Below, in pieces: positions 26,891 to 44,109 of a stretch of 64,000 nucleotides of DNA. The translations under genes and the position numbers were made by a program. The stretch's first letter is position 1. The number at the start of each line of letters is the position of its first letter. Below the pieces are notes generated by a model. That model did no database searches and was not told the DNA's origin. It saw only the letters and a program-made list of their open reading frames with translations. The stretch comes from Amoebidium appalachense (lineage: Eukaryota > Protista > Ichthyosporea), in NCBI GenBank assembly GCA_963693365.1, contig CAVNZM010000009.1:9924243-9988242 (forward strand), written 5' to 3'.

Positions 26891-27542
26891 CAATTGGCAC
26901 CCCCCCGAAATGTTCCCGAACATAAAATCATCATTCTACGGTGTGTGTCAATATACCATGCTCACAAGTCAGTACTGCAATTATACTATTCTCAGTTTAC
27001 TTCAAAGCATCCCCCCCCCCCCCCCCCCCCCCCCCGGCCCTCTTCCCATTCCCTGCCCCCCCAAATGTTTTTAAGTTACGCTTTTCATACTCAGTGACTG
27101 CAATCATGGCACCCGTGTTTTCTAGATATATTTCCTTTCATTGTGTTCAACGTCTATGTGTGTGTGTCTGTGTGTGTGTGTGCATGTTTGTGTGTGTGTG
27201 AATGTGTGTGTGTGGGCCAAGTGAAGGTTGTATGCGCTTTTTTCTTCTTAGTTGTTTTTGTATTCTATTCGATTATTACTTTGTGTGTAAATGTGGAAAA
27301 AAAACAAATAAAAAAACAACGACCACCGCCCAGCTTGAATCACCCTAGCTCTAGTGTAAAACAATAATCATTGTCAGTCACAAACCCTTCTACTACACTC
27401 GCCCCAAATGTCATATTCACATTACTGAGTTGATTTAGTTGTGTTTTTTACTCTATTTTTTTCAACAACTGTCTGCTATTAAACAGTAAAATGTACATCT
27501 GTTTGTGTGTGTGTGTGTGTGTGTGTGCCACAGGCCGGTGTG

Positions 27543-27587
<45 letters not shown>

Positions 27588-27627
27588 ATATAGAATTTAC
27601 CGTCCTCATCCCCGTGACCCCCTAAAC

Positions 27628-28110
27628 CGGTGTTAGCGGACCTTTGAGGTTTTTGTGATTGGATTGGTAGTTCTATTACATTAATATTTTCAAAATGTCG
27701 TTGTACCAATGATATAATACGTTGTAAAACAAATGTCGCCGAATTTCTCTAAAAAAAGTGCGTTCCATTCTGGGTTAGAAACCCAAACCGTTTTGATACG
27801 GGAATCAGCTGATCTCTGCCGTCATTCAGCCCAGCGCGTTCACAGTGAATCCGAAACCGCTGGTTTTTTTCTTTTTATTTCAAAGCCCCGAGTACGTACA
27901 TCCTCTCGGGCCCAACTTTACGGCACTATATTTCAATTTTCTCATTATCAAATATATAGTTATTTTAGGCTTTTTCATTAGTATCGCAAGAATATTTAGC
28001 GATTTTGATGTCATAAAAACAACTAAGCAACGTTTCGATGGTTTTTGATGCCTGACAAAATGGCCTTTGGTCCCCTCCAAATTCCGGATTTGAGGTCCGG
28101 CAAACAACGC
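27628..28110. mobile_element. Possible non-autonomous DNA transposon (AT-rich, complex, non-coding)
   Basis: Imperfect terminal inversion gtgttagcggacct ... aggtccggcaaacaac flanking a microsatellite-free block. Confidence 0.3.
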
Positions 28111-28503
28111 ATTATATATATTGTTAATATGCAGACATAGGCGCTAAGGAACGGACCCTATGATGGTTTATATAACATGAAGGCAGAAAGCTGCTGCAAG
28201 TTTTGAACAATTTGTGTGAGATTAGAATTGTGTTGCATCGGAGTGGTTGTGTAGTCAATGCGGGGGTCCCTCCTCATTTTCTTTTTCTTATAGCCGTTTC
28301 TTTCTCTTTCTTTTTGTTCTTTTTTTTTTTTTTTGCCCTTCCTTTCCCCCCCCCCCCCTTCTATCCCTTTCTTCAATTTAGTTGCTCCCCCCCCCCCCCC
28401 CCCTCCCCCCCCCCCCCCCCCCCCCCCCCCCTCTTCTCGGAACACCAACACGCACAAAGACCCACACCCACACACAAAGGGCACTGACACAGACACACAG
28501 ACA

Positions 28504-28561
<58 letters not shown>

Positions 28562-28570
28562 CACATACAT

Positions 28571-28617
<47 letters not shown>

Positions 28618-28648
28618 CGCACGCACGCACACACATGTACACATACAT

Positions 28649-28708
<60 letters not shown>

Positions 28709-29028
28709 ACACACACACATACACGCACACACACACATGTACACATACATGTACACACACACACACATACACACACACACACACACACACCTCTCCCGAA
28801 AACTGGTGGGAAATCAATCTGTGAACCGTCATGTACGTGATATGTGTAGGCGCAGTTCTCTGATGAATGTGTCTGTTTTGTTTTTCAGCCGAATGAGTTA
28901 TAAATGAGAACATGTGTGATTGTCCCTGGTGCCCCTTCTCTCCCTCCTCCTCCCCCCCCCCCCCCTCCCCCCACCCACCCGACCACCAACCCACACACAC
29001 ACGCACACACACACACACACACACGTAC

Positions 29029-29112
<84 letters not shown>

Positions 29113-29167
29113 TGCCAGCGGGTGATAAAATATGCAAGTGTTTCTCTACATATGCTTCTGTATCCAA

Positions 29168-29261
<94 letters not shown>

Positions 29262-29807
29262 TAATGGTGCATAGATGTGCGTGTGTGAGCCGCATGCACA
29301 TTTATGTGTTTGCTTGCGCTTGCATGTGATGTATGCGTGCGTGTTCGAGCCCTAGTATATTGTGTTACAGTACGTGTGATTGTGCTTGCACGTATTTGAG
29401 GCCTCGTAATTCCTTTAAATTCCTGAAAGAAAAGAGAAGGGTGGTGTGTGTGCGTGCGGTTGCGTGTGTGTGTGTGTGTGTGGTGGTGGTGGTGGTGGTG
29501 GTGGGGGGGGGGGGGGGGGGGGGGGGGGGGCATGATATTCAAGTACTTTGTTTGCCACTAAGATAGTGACCATGATGCCTCCAGGCACCTTTGAAACCAG
29601 AAAACAACAGAAACTTCCCGGATTCTGAACCCTATCAAGGTTGGGAAGGCCAAATTTTTGTACAGTAATACATGTCTAAAAGCACAGTCATAAGAGGAAA
29701 ATGCTCGCGGAAAACAAGCAATTGCACCCATACTCAGTCTGTTAGCTAAGCTAACCTACACCAATCGCGAACCCACCTCCTACCCCCCACCAACCCACAC
29801 AGTCTCG

Positions 29808-31124
29808 TCAACTCCCCCACCAGCTCCTCCAACGTGCCCACACATGTGCAAAAGCTTTAAAGACTTTCCCTACGGTTTTGCTACCCTCACCAATATGCCC
29901 CACACTGGCACCAGCACTAGAATCACTCACTTTTGGAAATTTAAATATCGTGCTATTTTTGCACATGCAGACTTGATTTGCCTCTGAGTCACCGTGTTCA
30001 ATACGGGATTTGGAAAGTTTGTCTATTCTTCTTGTTGACATAGTTGTGATATCTAAATGAGCAGGCTGCATTTCGGTTACTGGGGTAGAAATGGTGGACA
30101 CTGTGGGTGGGGGTGTGTTCTTGCGTGGGCGACGTCGACCTCGTTTTTTGGGTGCAAATTCTTCAATCTCTAGCTCTGTTTCTTCCATAGGTGACATCGT
30201 GGGTGGACTAATAAGCTCACAGCAATATATTGCCGGACCAAAGTTTGTAGGCGGCAGGGGGCCCCGTGGTTCGTCCTGCTGTGCCCATTGGGCCAGCACG
30301 TGCACAAACCGGTCGTGTGCTTCCACCGCCTCAAGTTTGGTTGCACAATACGTGATATGGGCAGGTCGCAGTGCATTTCTGTCACTCCTACTAATGATAG
30401 TATGGGGAATGGCTCTTCCAATAGCTGATGACAGGGTGGCCCGAGCATGCCATGGCTTTGATATCATTAACACTTCCCTATACACTCCTATGCATGCGCA
30501 CCCACCTCTTCGTGCCTGGCCCTCCGTGAGATAATCGCTTTCTCTGTAGAAATTGATCCGTCTGATCTTCTCCACCTTTGGCAATTTGGAGGCTCTCACA
30601 GCCACATCCACAGCACATGCCGCCTCAACTTCAGAAGAAAAGGAACCAACGTAGTGTTGCTTGCTATATACATCGGTATATCGTGCTTGCCACTCTCTTC
30701 CGGAACCAATGGCTGTGTTAAACGTGGAAACACCCCGAAACACAGAGGAATATTTCCTCCGCAGCTTTTTCTCCCACCGTTTTACCACCCTCTCCGTCTC
30801 CTCAGCCGTGGGCACAAATTGCTCCAACAAGCCCAGGCTGGCGTTGGTCCTTGCCCGGTACTTCTCATCCAGCACTTTGCATAGCACGAGGTAGCGGATG
30901 GCTGTGTCGTTGTGCCGGGCAGCAGAAACCTCACAGTCGAAATAGCCAACGTGGAAATCGATAACGGAAAGTTTAGCCCTTGACACCCAATTGGAATATT
31001 GTCGATACCAGTACACGCCCCTGAATCTTGATGCCTTGTCTGTGCTTTGAGGGTGTGTGGCCACTGACCTGGTGGGCTGCAGCAGCCGTGTGGGCAGTGG
31101 ACTCACGGCAGCCACAGGGTTGGC
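29808..31124 (-). CDS. Triple-AP2-domain protein, copy A (main exon; late frameshift near 29834; 5' exons not confidently located)
   Basis: SRFRGVYW..W..HVGYFDCEVSAARHND; SVFRGV..WQARY..HYVGSFSSEVEAACAVD..RINF; IGVY..WHARA..ATKLEAVEAHD..PTNF. All three match the AP2 consensus. Acceptor gtggctgcag at 31125. Confidence 0.82.
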   Translation of the reverse strand, partial: ANPVAAVSPLPTRLLQPTRSVATHPQSTDKASRFRGVYWYRQYSNWVSRAKLSVIDFHVGYFDCEVSAARHNDTAIRYLVLCKVLDEKYRARTNASLGLLEQFVPTAEETERVVKRWEKKLRRKYSSVFRGVSTFNTAIGSGREWQARYTDVYSKQHYVGSFSSEVEAACAVDVAVRASKLPKVEKIRRINFYRESDYLTEGQARRGGCACIGVYREVLMISKPWHARATLSSAIGRAIPHTIISRSDRNALRPAHITYCATKLEAVEAHDRFVHVLAQWAQQDEPRGPLPPTNFGPAIYCCELISPPTMSPMEETELEIEEFAPKKRGRRRPRKNTPPPTVSTISTPVTEMQPAHLDITTMSTRRIDKLSKSRIEHGDSEANQVCMCKNSTIFKFPKVSDSSAGASVGHIGEGSKTVGKVFKAFAHVWARWRSWWGS

Positions 31125-31225
31125 CTGCAGCCACACCGTAAGCACCCCATGCAAAATGCAGGCAAAATGCCATCAGCATAGTACACACACTAGCACACTA
31201 CCACCGTAATTTTGGGGTTCATAGG

Positions 31226-31271
<46 letters not shown>

Positions 31272-31413
31272 GTGTGTGCGTGTGCGTGTGCTTGTGCGTG
31301 TGCGTGTGCGTGTGCGTGTGCGTGTGCAAGATTCTAGCTGGCTGGAGACAATTCAGGTAATTTTAAATCCGGCCCACCCCCTGTAGAGGGACAGCTGCTG
31401 GTCAACGTTTACA

Positions 31414-31459
<46 letters not shown>

Positions 31460-31621
31460 TTTTTTTCCCCCGATCGTTGTGGTCTTGCCCGCACGGCCAA
31501 TGAATTTCATGGTAAATGTTAAATGATAAATGTTATCTCAGGATGTTTAGTGGATACCAAAAGGCATGTGCCACCCCCCAACAGCCCCCTCACCAACACA
31601 CACACACACACACACACACTC

Positions 31622-31693
<72 letters not shown>

Positions 31694-32028
31694 CACCAAC
31701 CCCTCCAGCCTCCCCCCAATCCCCACCACCCACCACCGCCACCCCGCCACCGCCCGCTACCCCGCCCCCTCCACCTCACCCTTGCCCTGACCAAGAAACT
31801 TGAAAATATAGTGAAAAGGAAGTTGAAGAGGATGGAAAAGATTGTGCACCAGTAGAGGATAAGAATCCCCCCCTCCCCCCCCCCCACACACATACCCTCT
31901 TGTCCGTGCATACCCAACCACGGCCACACGTACACATGGCACCCTAGCACTCACACTGAAGCACAAAGCACACACACACGTCATTAACACAAATACCCAC
32001 AAAGGCGTTTCACACACAAATGGATAAC

Positions 32029-32059
<31 letters not shown>

Positions 32060-32476
32060 TGTACGTGCACACACAACACGCCCACTCGCACACGCGCACA
32101 CACACACAGAGACGCCCACTCGCACACACACACACAAACACACTGTCCATCACAAACATAACGCACACACACATGCACATGCACACGCACACGCACACGC
32201 ACATGCACATCGTATACACATACCGTATCCCGCAGGCACGTATGCTTGCATACACATATATACAAACACGCCAACACACCTGTTATATCGACATGGGGAA
32301 TATACAAGTGTGGTAGCACCCCTCAGGCACACAGCTGTATGCACATGTGACCGGGATTTATTAAAGCTTTGCCAGTCGATCTGCGTTAATACTTGTATAC
32401 TAGATACATAGTCAAGCAGTAGCTATATGCATGCTATAACTTATGCCAACTATAGTATCCCGTGCACATTCTTACA

Positions 32477-32510
<34 letters not shown>

Positions 32511-33117
32511 GATGAGCTCAACTTGAGGAAAATGATGACAGTGAAGTGTGGGGTCAGGCGCTGTGATCATACGGTGGAAAGTGTGTGTGCAGCTGCAGAA
32601 CATGTTACAGTGGTGGCCTGCCAGGCTGCGCGCATGAGCATTGTACGTTCGCATCGCGGCCTCTCTGTGCTTTTGTGGCCAGGGAGTGTGCGTGCGTGTG
32701 TGTGGGTAAGTTGTGTATGTCTGTTTGTTTGTTACTTGGGGGCGTGCATGTCTGTGTGTGTATGTGTGCGCGTGTGTGTGTGCGTGCGTGTGCATGCGGG
32801 CGTGTGTGCCTGCGTGCTTGCTTATGTGCGCTGCGCGTGCACGTGTGTTCGTGTGTGCGTGTGTGTGCACGTGCGTTAGCATGAGTTGGAAGAAAAGAAC
32901 AGAGATTTTTTTTTTATTATTATTTTTTTTTTTTTTGGGGGGGGGGGGGGGGGGGAGTCTCTGGCAATACGCTGCCACTGCCGTGATCCATTTCATTTAA
33001 CTTACACAATATCAACATGCTCCTTCGAAACCAGCAAACAACGATATTTCCCAGAACCTCATATGCAGCATAATGGTAACGAGGACAAGCTTTTGTACAT
33101 ATTGCAAATACACCGAG

Positions 33118-34455
33118 TCACATACAAATTGCAAACCTATCGCCTCCCCCCAACAACCTACATAGCCTCTTCAACTCTCCCACCAGCTCCTCCAGCTGTG
33201 CCTGCACATGTGCCAAGGCATTTTCCCATTCGGCCCCTGCTAGGCTATCCCCACCAGCACAACCTACACTAGCACCACCACTACAATCACTTACACTTGG
33301 AGAATTCTTATTCCTTTCGTGTATGCAGTCTTGATTTATCTCACTGTGCTCAATACGGAATTTAAAAAGTGTGTTTACTTTGGTTTTGGACAAAGTTGTG
33401 GTATCTAAATGTGCGGACTGAATTCTGGTTTCTGGGGAAGAAATGGTGGACATTGTGGGTGGGGGATTGTTCTTGCACGGGCGGCCTTCTTTTAGGGTGC
33501 ATTTTCCACAATCTCCACCTGCTCTATAGAGCTATATCTGTGATATGGTGGGTGGCTTAATAAGCTTGTAGCCGTATTTGACCGGACTAAAGTTTGTCGG
33601 GGGCAGAGGGCCCCGTGGTTCGTCCTGCTGTGCCCATCGGTCCAGCACAAACCGATCGCCTGCCATAGCTGCTTCCAGTTTGGTTGCAGAGTACCCCAGA
33701 TGGAGGAAGAAAGGTTTCATCGCTTTTGCGCCATTTCTATGATTTAGGAGACCGGTGTTTCCAATGGCTGACAGAACGCCAGCCCTAGCACTCCGTGGTT
33801 TCAATATCCTTTTCGTGTCCATGTACACCCCTATGCACCCACCTCTGCGTGCCTGGCTTTCCGTGAGATAATCACTTTGTTTGTAGAAATTAATCCGTTT
33901 AATCTTGTCCACCTTTGGCAATTTGGAGGCCCTCACAGCCTCATCCACAGCACATGCCGCCTCAACCTCAGTCGGAAAACAACCAATGTAGCTTTGTGTG
34001 CCGGATTCTTCGTAAATCGTGCTTGCCATTTTTCTTCCGGATCCAATGGCTCTGCCACGCGTGGTAACGCCCCGAAACAAGGAGGCATATTCTATCTCGA
34101 CCTTTTCCCTCCACCGTCTTGCCACCCTCTCCGTCTCCTCAGCCGTGGGCACAAATTGCTCCAACAAGCCCCGGCCGACATTGGTCCTTGCCAGGTATTT
34201 CTCATCCAGCACTTTGCATTGCACGAGGTAGCGGATGGCTGTGTCGGTGTGCCGTGCAGCAGAAAACTGACAGTCGAAATATCCAACATGGAACTTAATC
34301 ACCGGCACCACTGATGTCCAAATCGAATCTCGTTTAAACCAATATACGCCCCTAAATCTGTGCCTATTGTCTGTGCTTTGAGGGTGTGTGGCCACTGACC
34401 TGGTGGGCTGCAGCTGCCGTGTGGGCAATGGACTCACGGCAGCCACTGGGTTGGC
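33118..34455 (-). pseudogene. Triple-AP2 protein, copy B (main exon; compensated frameshift in AP2 #2, premature stop at 33532, 5' exons detached)
   Basis: Paralog of copy A. The ORF stops at 33532, but homologous C-terminal sequence (ALAHVQAQLEELVGELKRL) continues to ~33118. Confidence 0.8.
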
Positions 34456-34480
34456 CTGCAGCCACACCGTCAGCAAAGCA

Positions 34481-34611
<131 letters not shown>

Positions 34612-34855
34612 CGCGCGCGCGCGTTTTTTTTTTTTTGTGCGTGTGTGTGTGTGCATGTGGTGTGTGTGCAGGTGTGTGCGCGCGCTAAGATTTGCGTAAG
34701 CACTTTTGTATACGTGTGTGTCCTCGCGTGTGCCGGTGCTTGAGTTTGCGAGTGTCTGCGTGTGTGTCTGTTTCTCTCTCTCTCTCTCCCCCTCCCTCCC
34801 TCTCCCCCTCTCCCCCTCCCCCCCCTCCCCCCTCCCCCCACCCCCTCCCCCCTCC

Positions 34856-34888
<33 letters not shown>

Positions 34889-35177
34889 ATGTGTGTGTGT
34901 GTGTGCAAGGTGCGTGTGTGCGCGCGCGTGTGTGCGTGCATGCGTGCGTGTGTGCGTGCGTTCACGTGCGTGTGTGTGTCCATGTTTGTGTTTGTGTGTG
35001 TGGGCGTATGTGTGCATGGGTGTAAATGTGTGTGTGTACCTTTGCGCATCTATTAAGTGTTCTGTCTGTGTACGCATGGCCTTTTTTTTACAATTCTTTG
35101 CGGGTGGTACATGTGTTTTTGTGTCAGTGCACGTAATTGTCTTAAGTGTGTGTATCGACCCCGTGCCTCGGCCCGGT

Positions 35178-35198
35178 GTGCTATTTAGGAGGCCTTGC
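35178..35198 (-). mobile_element. Terminal inverted repeat of family R3 at the break point of AP2 copy B
   Basis: gtgctatttaggaggccttg is the exact reverse complement of 55092-55111. Confidence 0.65.
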
Positions 35199-35233
35199 TA
35201 CGCCGCCGTCGCCCTTCATCTTTCACGCAAAAC

Positions 35234-35279
35234 CCCTGATGACGTCATGCCCAGCTGAATCGCTATGACGTCATCAGGG
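35234..35279. promoter_or_regulatory. Inverted pair of CRE/ATF palindromes
   Basis: ccctgatgacgtcat-N16-atgacgtcatcaggg, a perfect 15-bp inverted repeat with TGACGTCA in each arm. Confidence 0.55.
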
Positions 35280-36129
35280 TTTATACCGATGTAAAGGAGG
35301 TGTGTAAAGAAGAAGCCTTTTTGCTCAAACACGAAGGACTCTGCTAAGGCCAAAAATACTTTATGTGCACACACAGTGGGGGTACAGTTCAGCTCCACAC
35401 AACCGCTCGTTACATCACAACGATTAAGATGTAAATCTACACGCAGAACACACACACACACACACACGGACACACACCACACACGCAGCTGTGACACACA
35501 CGCACTTTTTTTCGGTCTTCATACTACTATAACATCTGCCGCTCCCTCTCAACCCCCCCCCCCCCTTTCCACCTCACTTCCCATAGCATTGCTCTCTCTG
35601 ACTATCTTGTACGGACATTTTCAAACCGGGGCACACAGCTCGCCTCAGCGGGCTCGAGATCACTTGACGTGTGTGGTGGCGTGGCGCGCACCTATCGTTG
35701 ACAGGTATGTTTGTGCGTGCGCGTGTGCTTGTGTTTCGTGTTGTGTCTACGTACGTGTACCCGTATGCCATGACTTCTGCCAAAGTGTCGGTACGATTGT
35801 GTGTGGGCCTGCTCGGGGGTGGCCGTGCAGTGTGTGTGGTAGGCGTGCCTGTGTGTGTGCACGTGTATTTTTGGTTCTCGCGCAAGCATGCAGCGCTTCT
35901 CTCACGCGTGTGTGCGCCTGTATAGATCTTGCACCTCTAGTAGCATCTGTGTTTCTGAAACCATTTGTGTGTTACCAAATACACACTTGTGTAACTATTG
36001 TATAGCAAGTGTATGCTGGTGATCTTTATCCTTGAACATGATGATGCCTTCTTGCAAGTTTTCCCTTCCCCTTTCCTCGTCCCCGCCTCCCCCCTCTCCC
36101 CTCCCCCACCCCCCTTCCTCCTCCCCCCT

Positions 36130-37190
36130 GCATCTCAAAACCAATCCCCACTTTCTCTATCTGATTCTCTACTTTGGTGCCAGAATGAGAGCCCCAAGAA
36201 ATCGCTATTCTATTCGTGCATAAGCACTTCGCCAACCTTTATTGTGTGGTGCCTTTTCTTTCTTGTGGAGGCTGTTTCTGTTCTTTTCCTCCGTTTCCTA
36301 CCTTCCACCCTATGACCTTACATCGACCCCCTCCTCCCCCCCCCCCCCCCCCCCCCTCCGCCCCCCTACCCCTCCCCCTCCTTTACCTGACCCCTCATCC
36401 ACCTCTCTTTCTTCGTTTATGACACACACTCCCCTTCGGGCCTATACATAAGACTGTAGGTGTTGTATGCAAGAAACCTCACGTGCAACCACACAGCTTA
36501 AAATCATGATTTGTGCTTACCCCACGTGTGTGTGTACCTGTAGCTTGCAGCAACTAGAGTAGTAAAAATGTTTCTGGACAGTGTTACCTATTACAATTTG
36601 GTTCTGATTTTGTGTTACAACCCATGCATGTCTGCTTGCATAATTCGGGCCCCCATCCCCCCCCCCCCCCCCCCCCCCCCCCGCCCCCGCTCCCCCCGCT
36701 CCCGCCCCCCTCAAACCTCAGTCCCCCCCCCCCCCCCCCCCTCCCTCCCCCCACCCACCCCACCCCACCCCCCACCCTTCCCTCCCTCCCTCCCTCCCTC
36801 CCTCCCCGTCTCCCCCCTTCTCCTCAACACCAATCCACCTTTTCTCCTCTGTTGCTGTACAGTTGCTCTACTTCGGTGCCAGAATGAGAGCCCCAACAAA
36901 CGCTATGGCGCATAAGCACTTCGCTTGCCTTTGTGTGTGGTGCCTTTTCTCTCTCAAATAAGCTTTTCTGTGCCTTCCCTACCTTCCACTCTATGACCCT
37001 TTACAGACCCCCCCCCCCCCCCCCCCCCTCCCCCCCCCCCTCCCCCCCCCTTCCCCCCCCCCCCCACCAACCCCGTCACTTCACCCCACCTCTCATCCAT
37101 CGCTCTTGCCAAGTCTTTATGTGCTTGCATTGGGGCCTATGAGTAAGCAGTGTGTTACTGTTTGCAACTAGCAACCACACAGCTAACGGC
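36130..37190. repeat. Diverged ~700-bp tandem duplication upstream of AP2 copy C
   Basis: ggtgccagaatgagagcccca...gcataagcacttcgc...tgtgtggtgccttttc occurs at ~36176 and ~36875; gcaaccacacagct at ~36485 and ~37171. Confidence 0.65.
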
Positions 37191-37270
37191 ACGTGCAGGG
37201 ACGAAAGCAGAAGCTTGTGCTCAAGCTCACACAACCCCCGCCCCCCCTCGCCCTAACACCACACACACAC

Positions 37271-37378
<108 letters not shown>

Positions 37379-37382
37379 CACC

Positions 37383-41578
<4,196 letters not shown>

Positions 41579-41815
41579 TTATCATAGATACGAGGATTCC
41601 AAGTTCTTACATATACGCTTTTGGGTTGGTGAGTTGTTATGTAATTGGGCACCTGAAGTTTATACAAATCGGTGTCACTCGTAACGGTGTTACATATGCA
41701 TATTATATACATGAGCAAACATATCAGGAAGTGTTTGCCAATCGAGTGGGCTGGCATCGAGACGTATATATGGCTACAACGTAATCCCCCCCCCCCCCCC
41801 CCCCCTCTCCCTCCT

Positions 41816-42030
41816 CTCCTGGCGGTGCCACCAACAGCCACCTGGTCCAGCACACAACAACCTAAATAACCTGTCCCATTGCAAAACAGCTTTCCTCCTC
41901 CTACCCCCCCCCCCCCCCCCTCTCCCTCCCTCTCCTGGCGGTGCCACCAACAGCCACCTGGTCCAGCACACAACAACCTAAATAACCTGTCCCATTGCAA
42001 AACAGCTTTCCTCCTCCTACCCCCCCCCCC
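41816..42030. repeat. 116-bp tandem duplication bounded by poly-C tracts
   Basis: ggcggtgccaccaacagccacctggtccagc...cagctttcctcctcctac at 41821 and 41937. Confidence 0.9.
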
Positions 42031-42146
42031 CCCCCCCCCTTCCCCACGCTCTCCCTCCCGCCTCATCCCCCCGGCCGCCTCGCCCTTTGTGTTCTCCCTG
42101 AAGCCCCCACTCCCCCCTCCCCCCCCTCCCCCTCCCCCCGCAATAC

Positions 42147-42368
42147 ATGTGTATATGTTCAAGGGGTGCATGCGGCGCTGTGTGGTTGTGGCCACGGCAG
42201 TACGGTCCACTGGGCGCCTAAAAATAGCTCCGGCAGCCACACGGGTGTGTGCATGGGTGAAGGACCCACCGAAGAAACTCTGCAGAAAGAGAAACGTCAG
42301 ACAGAAACACTATCAAGTGGTGGTCTTGTGGATGTGTGTGCCCGTATATTTTGGGGCAGGCAGGCAGG

Positions 42369-42420
<52 letters not shown>

Positions 42421-42872
42421 CTTTTCGTGATACCGGAAGCCTTGGGGAGGAGAGAGGGGGGGGGGGGGGGGGGGGGGGCGAGGGGTGGCCGCGGGGGGGG
42501 GGGGGGGGGGGGGGGGAGGTCAAAAGAAACAAGGGTGTCATGCAAAGATCATAGCAGAATCCAAACTTGTGGATATGGCAGGAACATTAAAATAAAAAGG
42601 GTTGGTTGCGCGCATATGCTATATTGTGGCGCGTGCATGCGGCGATAATGTGTGGGTACGTGTGCACACTTTAATCTAAGTTCAACGGTCTTGCGCTCCT
42701 TCACGAGCGCACACACTAGTGCTAGGCTTGGCGGGGGTTGGAGGAAAGGGGTGGGGTGGGGTGGGGGCCGGGGGGGGGGGACACTACGGACGGGTGCCAA
42801 ATGTGTTACACCGTACGAAAAACACAAAAAAAACGGACGTGACAAGGCAGAGGTGTATTTTTTATTTTATTT

Positions 42873-42908
<36 letters not shown>

Positions 42909-43026
42909 GGGCTGCTCCCAGTCTGCACTTACCGTTGTTGCTGGGGACAGTTTTTTGTTCAGACGGGAAGGTAGCCCTCGGCAGAGCCAACCACCAGCCT
43001 GTGCCCACCGTACAGCCTACAGCCAT
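42147..43026 (-). pseudogene. AP2-family copy D: orphan exons 1-2 (presequence only), exon 1 frameshifted
   Basis: Exon 1 at ~42933-43026 carries a 7-bp ggctgta duplication. Exon 2 at 42147-42279 encodes SFFGGSFTHAHTRVAAGAIFRRPVDRTAV. No adjacent exons 3-4. Confidence 0.75.
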
Positions 43027-43036
43027 GGTGCCTGAC

Positions 43037-43084
<48 letters not shown>

Positions 43085-43322
43085 GTGTACGTGTGTGTGT
43101 GTGTGTGTGTTTGCATGTGTGCGCGTGTGTGCACATGTTTGCGGGCGTTCGTGCATGTTGGTGTGCTTTCGTGTATGTACCCATGTGTGTGTGCGTGTGA
43201 GTATGCTGGATGCAGGGGGACGTGGCTTCCGTTTGTATACTTTATTTTATTTATTTTTATTTATTTTATCACTTTATTTTTACAGGTCTGTGTGTTTGGC
43301 AAATGTAGAGGGTTGATTCCGT

Positions 43323-43353
<31 letters not shown>

Positions 43354-43711
43354 TGGGGATTGAGCACGTAAATAATGGGGTGGGATTGTGGTGGTGGTGG
43401 GGGGTTGCTTCCTAACATTATAAGGTGTTGTACCGTGAATTTATGGCAGTGCCATGTGAACGAAATTTTTCGGTGCGGTTTGCAGGGCACTATGGGTCTG
43501 TGTGTGTGTGGGCAGTTGGGGCACTGCTGGCCGTGTGTGTGGGGTGTGTGAGTGTGTGCATGTGTGGGTTTTCGCTTTGGGTGGTGCCGTGCCTTACTTT
43601 CTACGGGTGGTGGTGGTGTGGTTGTGTTTTTGCATTTTGAGGTGTGTTGGGGGGAATGTCGTGTTACGTGGGTGCCAAAGTTTAGAAAAGCAATTTTTTT
43701 TCTTTTTCTTT

Positions 43712-43770
<59 letters not shown>

Positions 43771-43989
43771 GGGGGGTTATATATTTGGTTCGGCACCTTC
43801 GACAATGTTTCCCATCGCCGTGATCCACTTAGACTTACTTACTATTATATAGAAATGCCCCTTCGAAACCAGCAAACAACGACATTTCCAAGAACCCTCA
43901 TAATGATAACAAGAGCAAGAGTTGATACATTTTGCAAACGCACGGATCGCGGACACACAGTAAAAATCATCAGTTTTATTATTATTACT

Positions 43990-44042
<53 letters not shown>

Positions 44043-44109
44043 GGATTATTATTATTAGCCAGTCGCACTCAAATAAAACTCGGTCTCCTAACCTATGTAG
44101 ATACACCAT

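Noticed and set aside
24530-27360. Complete Helitron around the OB-fold ORF
   Set aside because: No Rep/helicase ORF, and I could not find a convincing 3' hairpin plus CTRR terminus. Kept only as a hypothesis.
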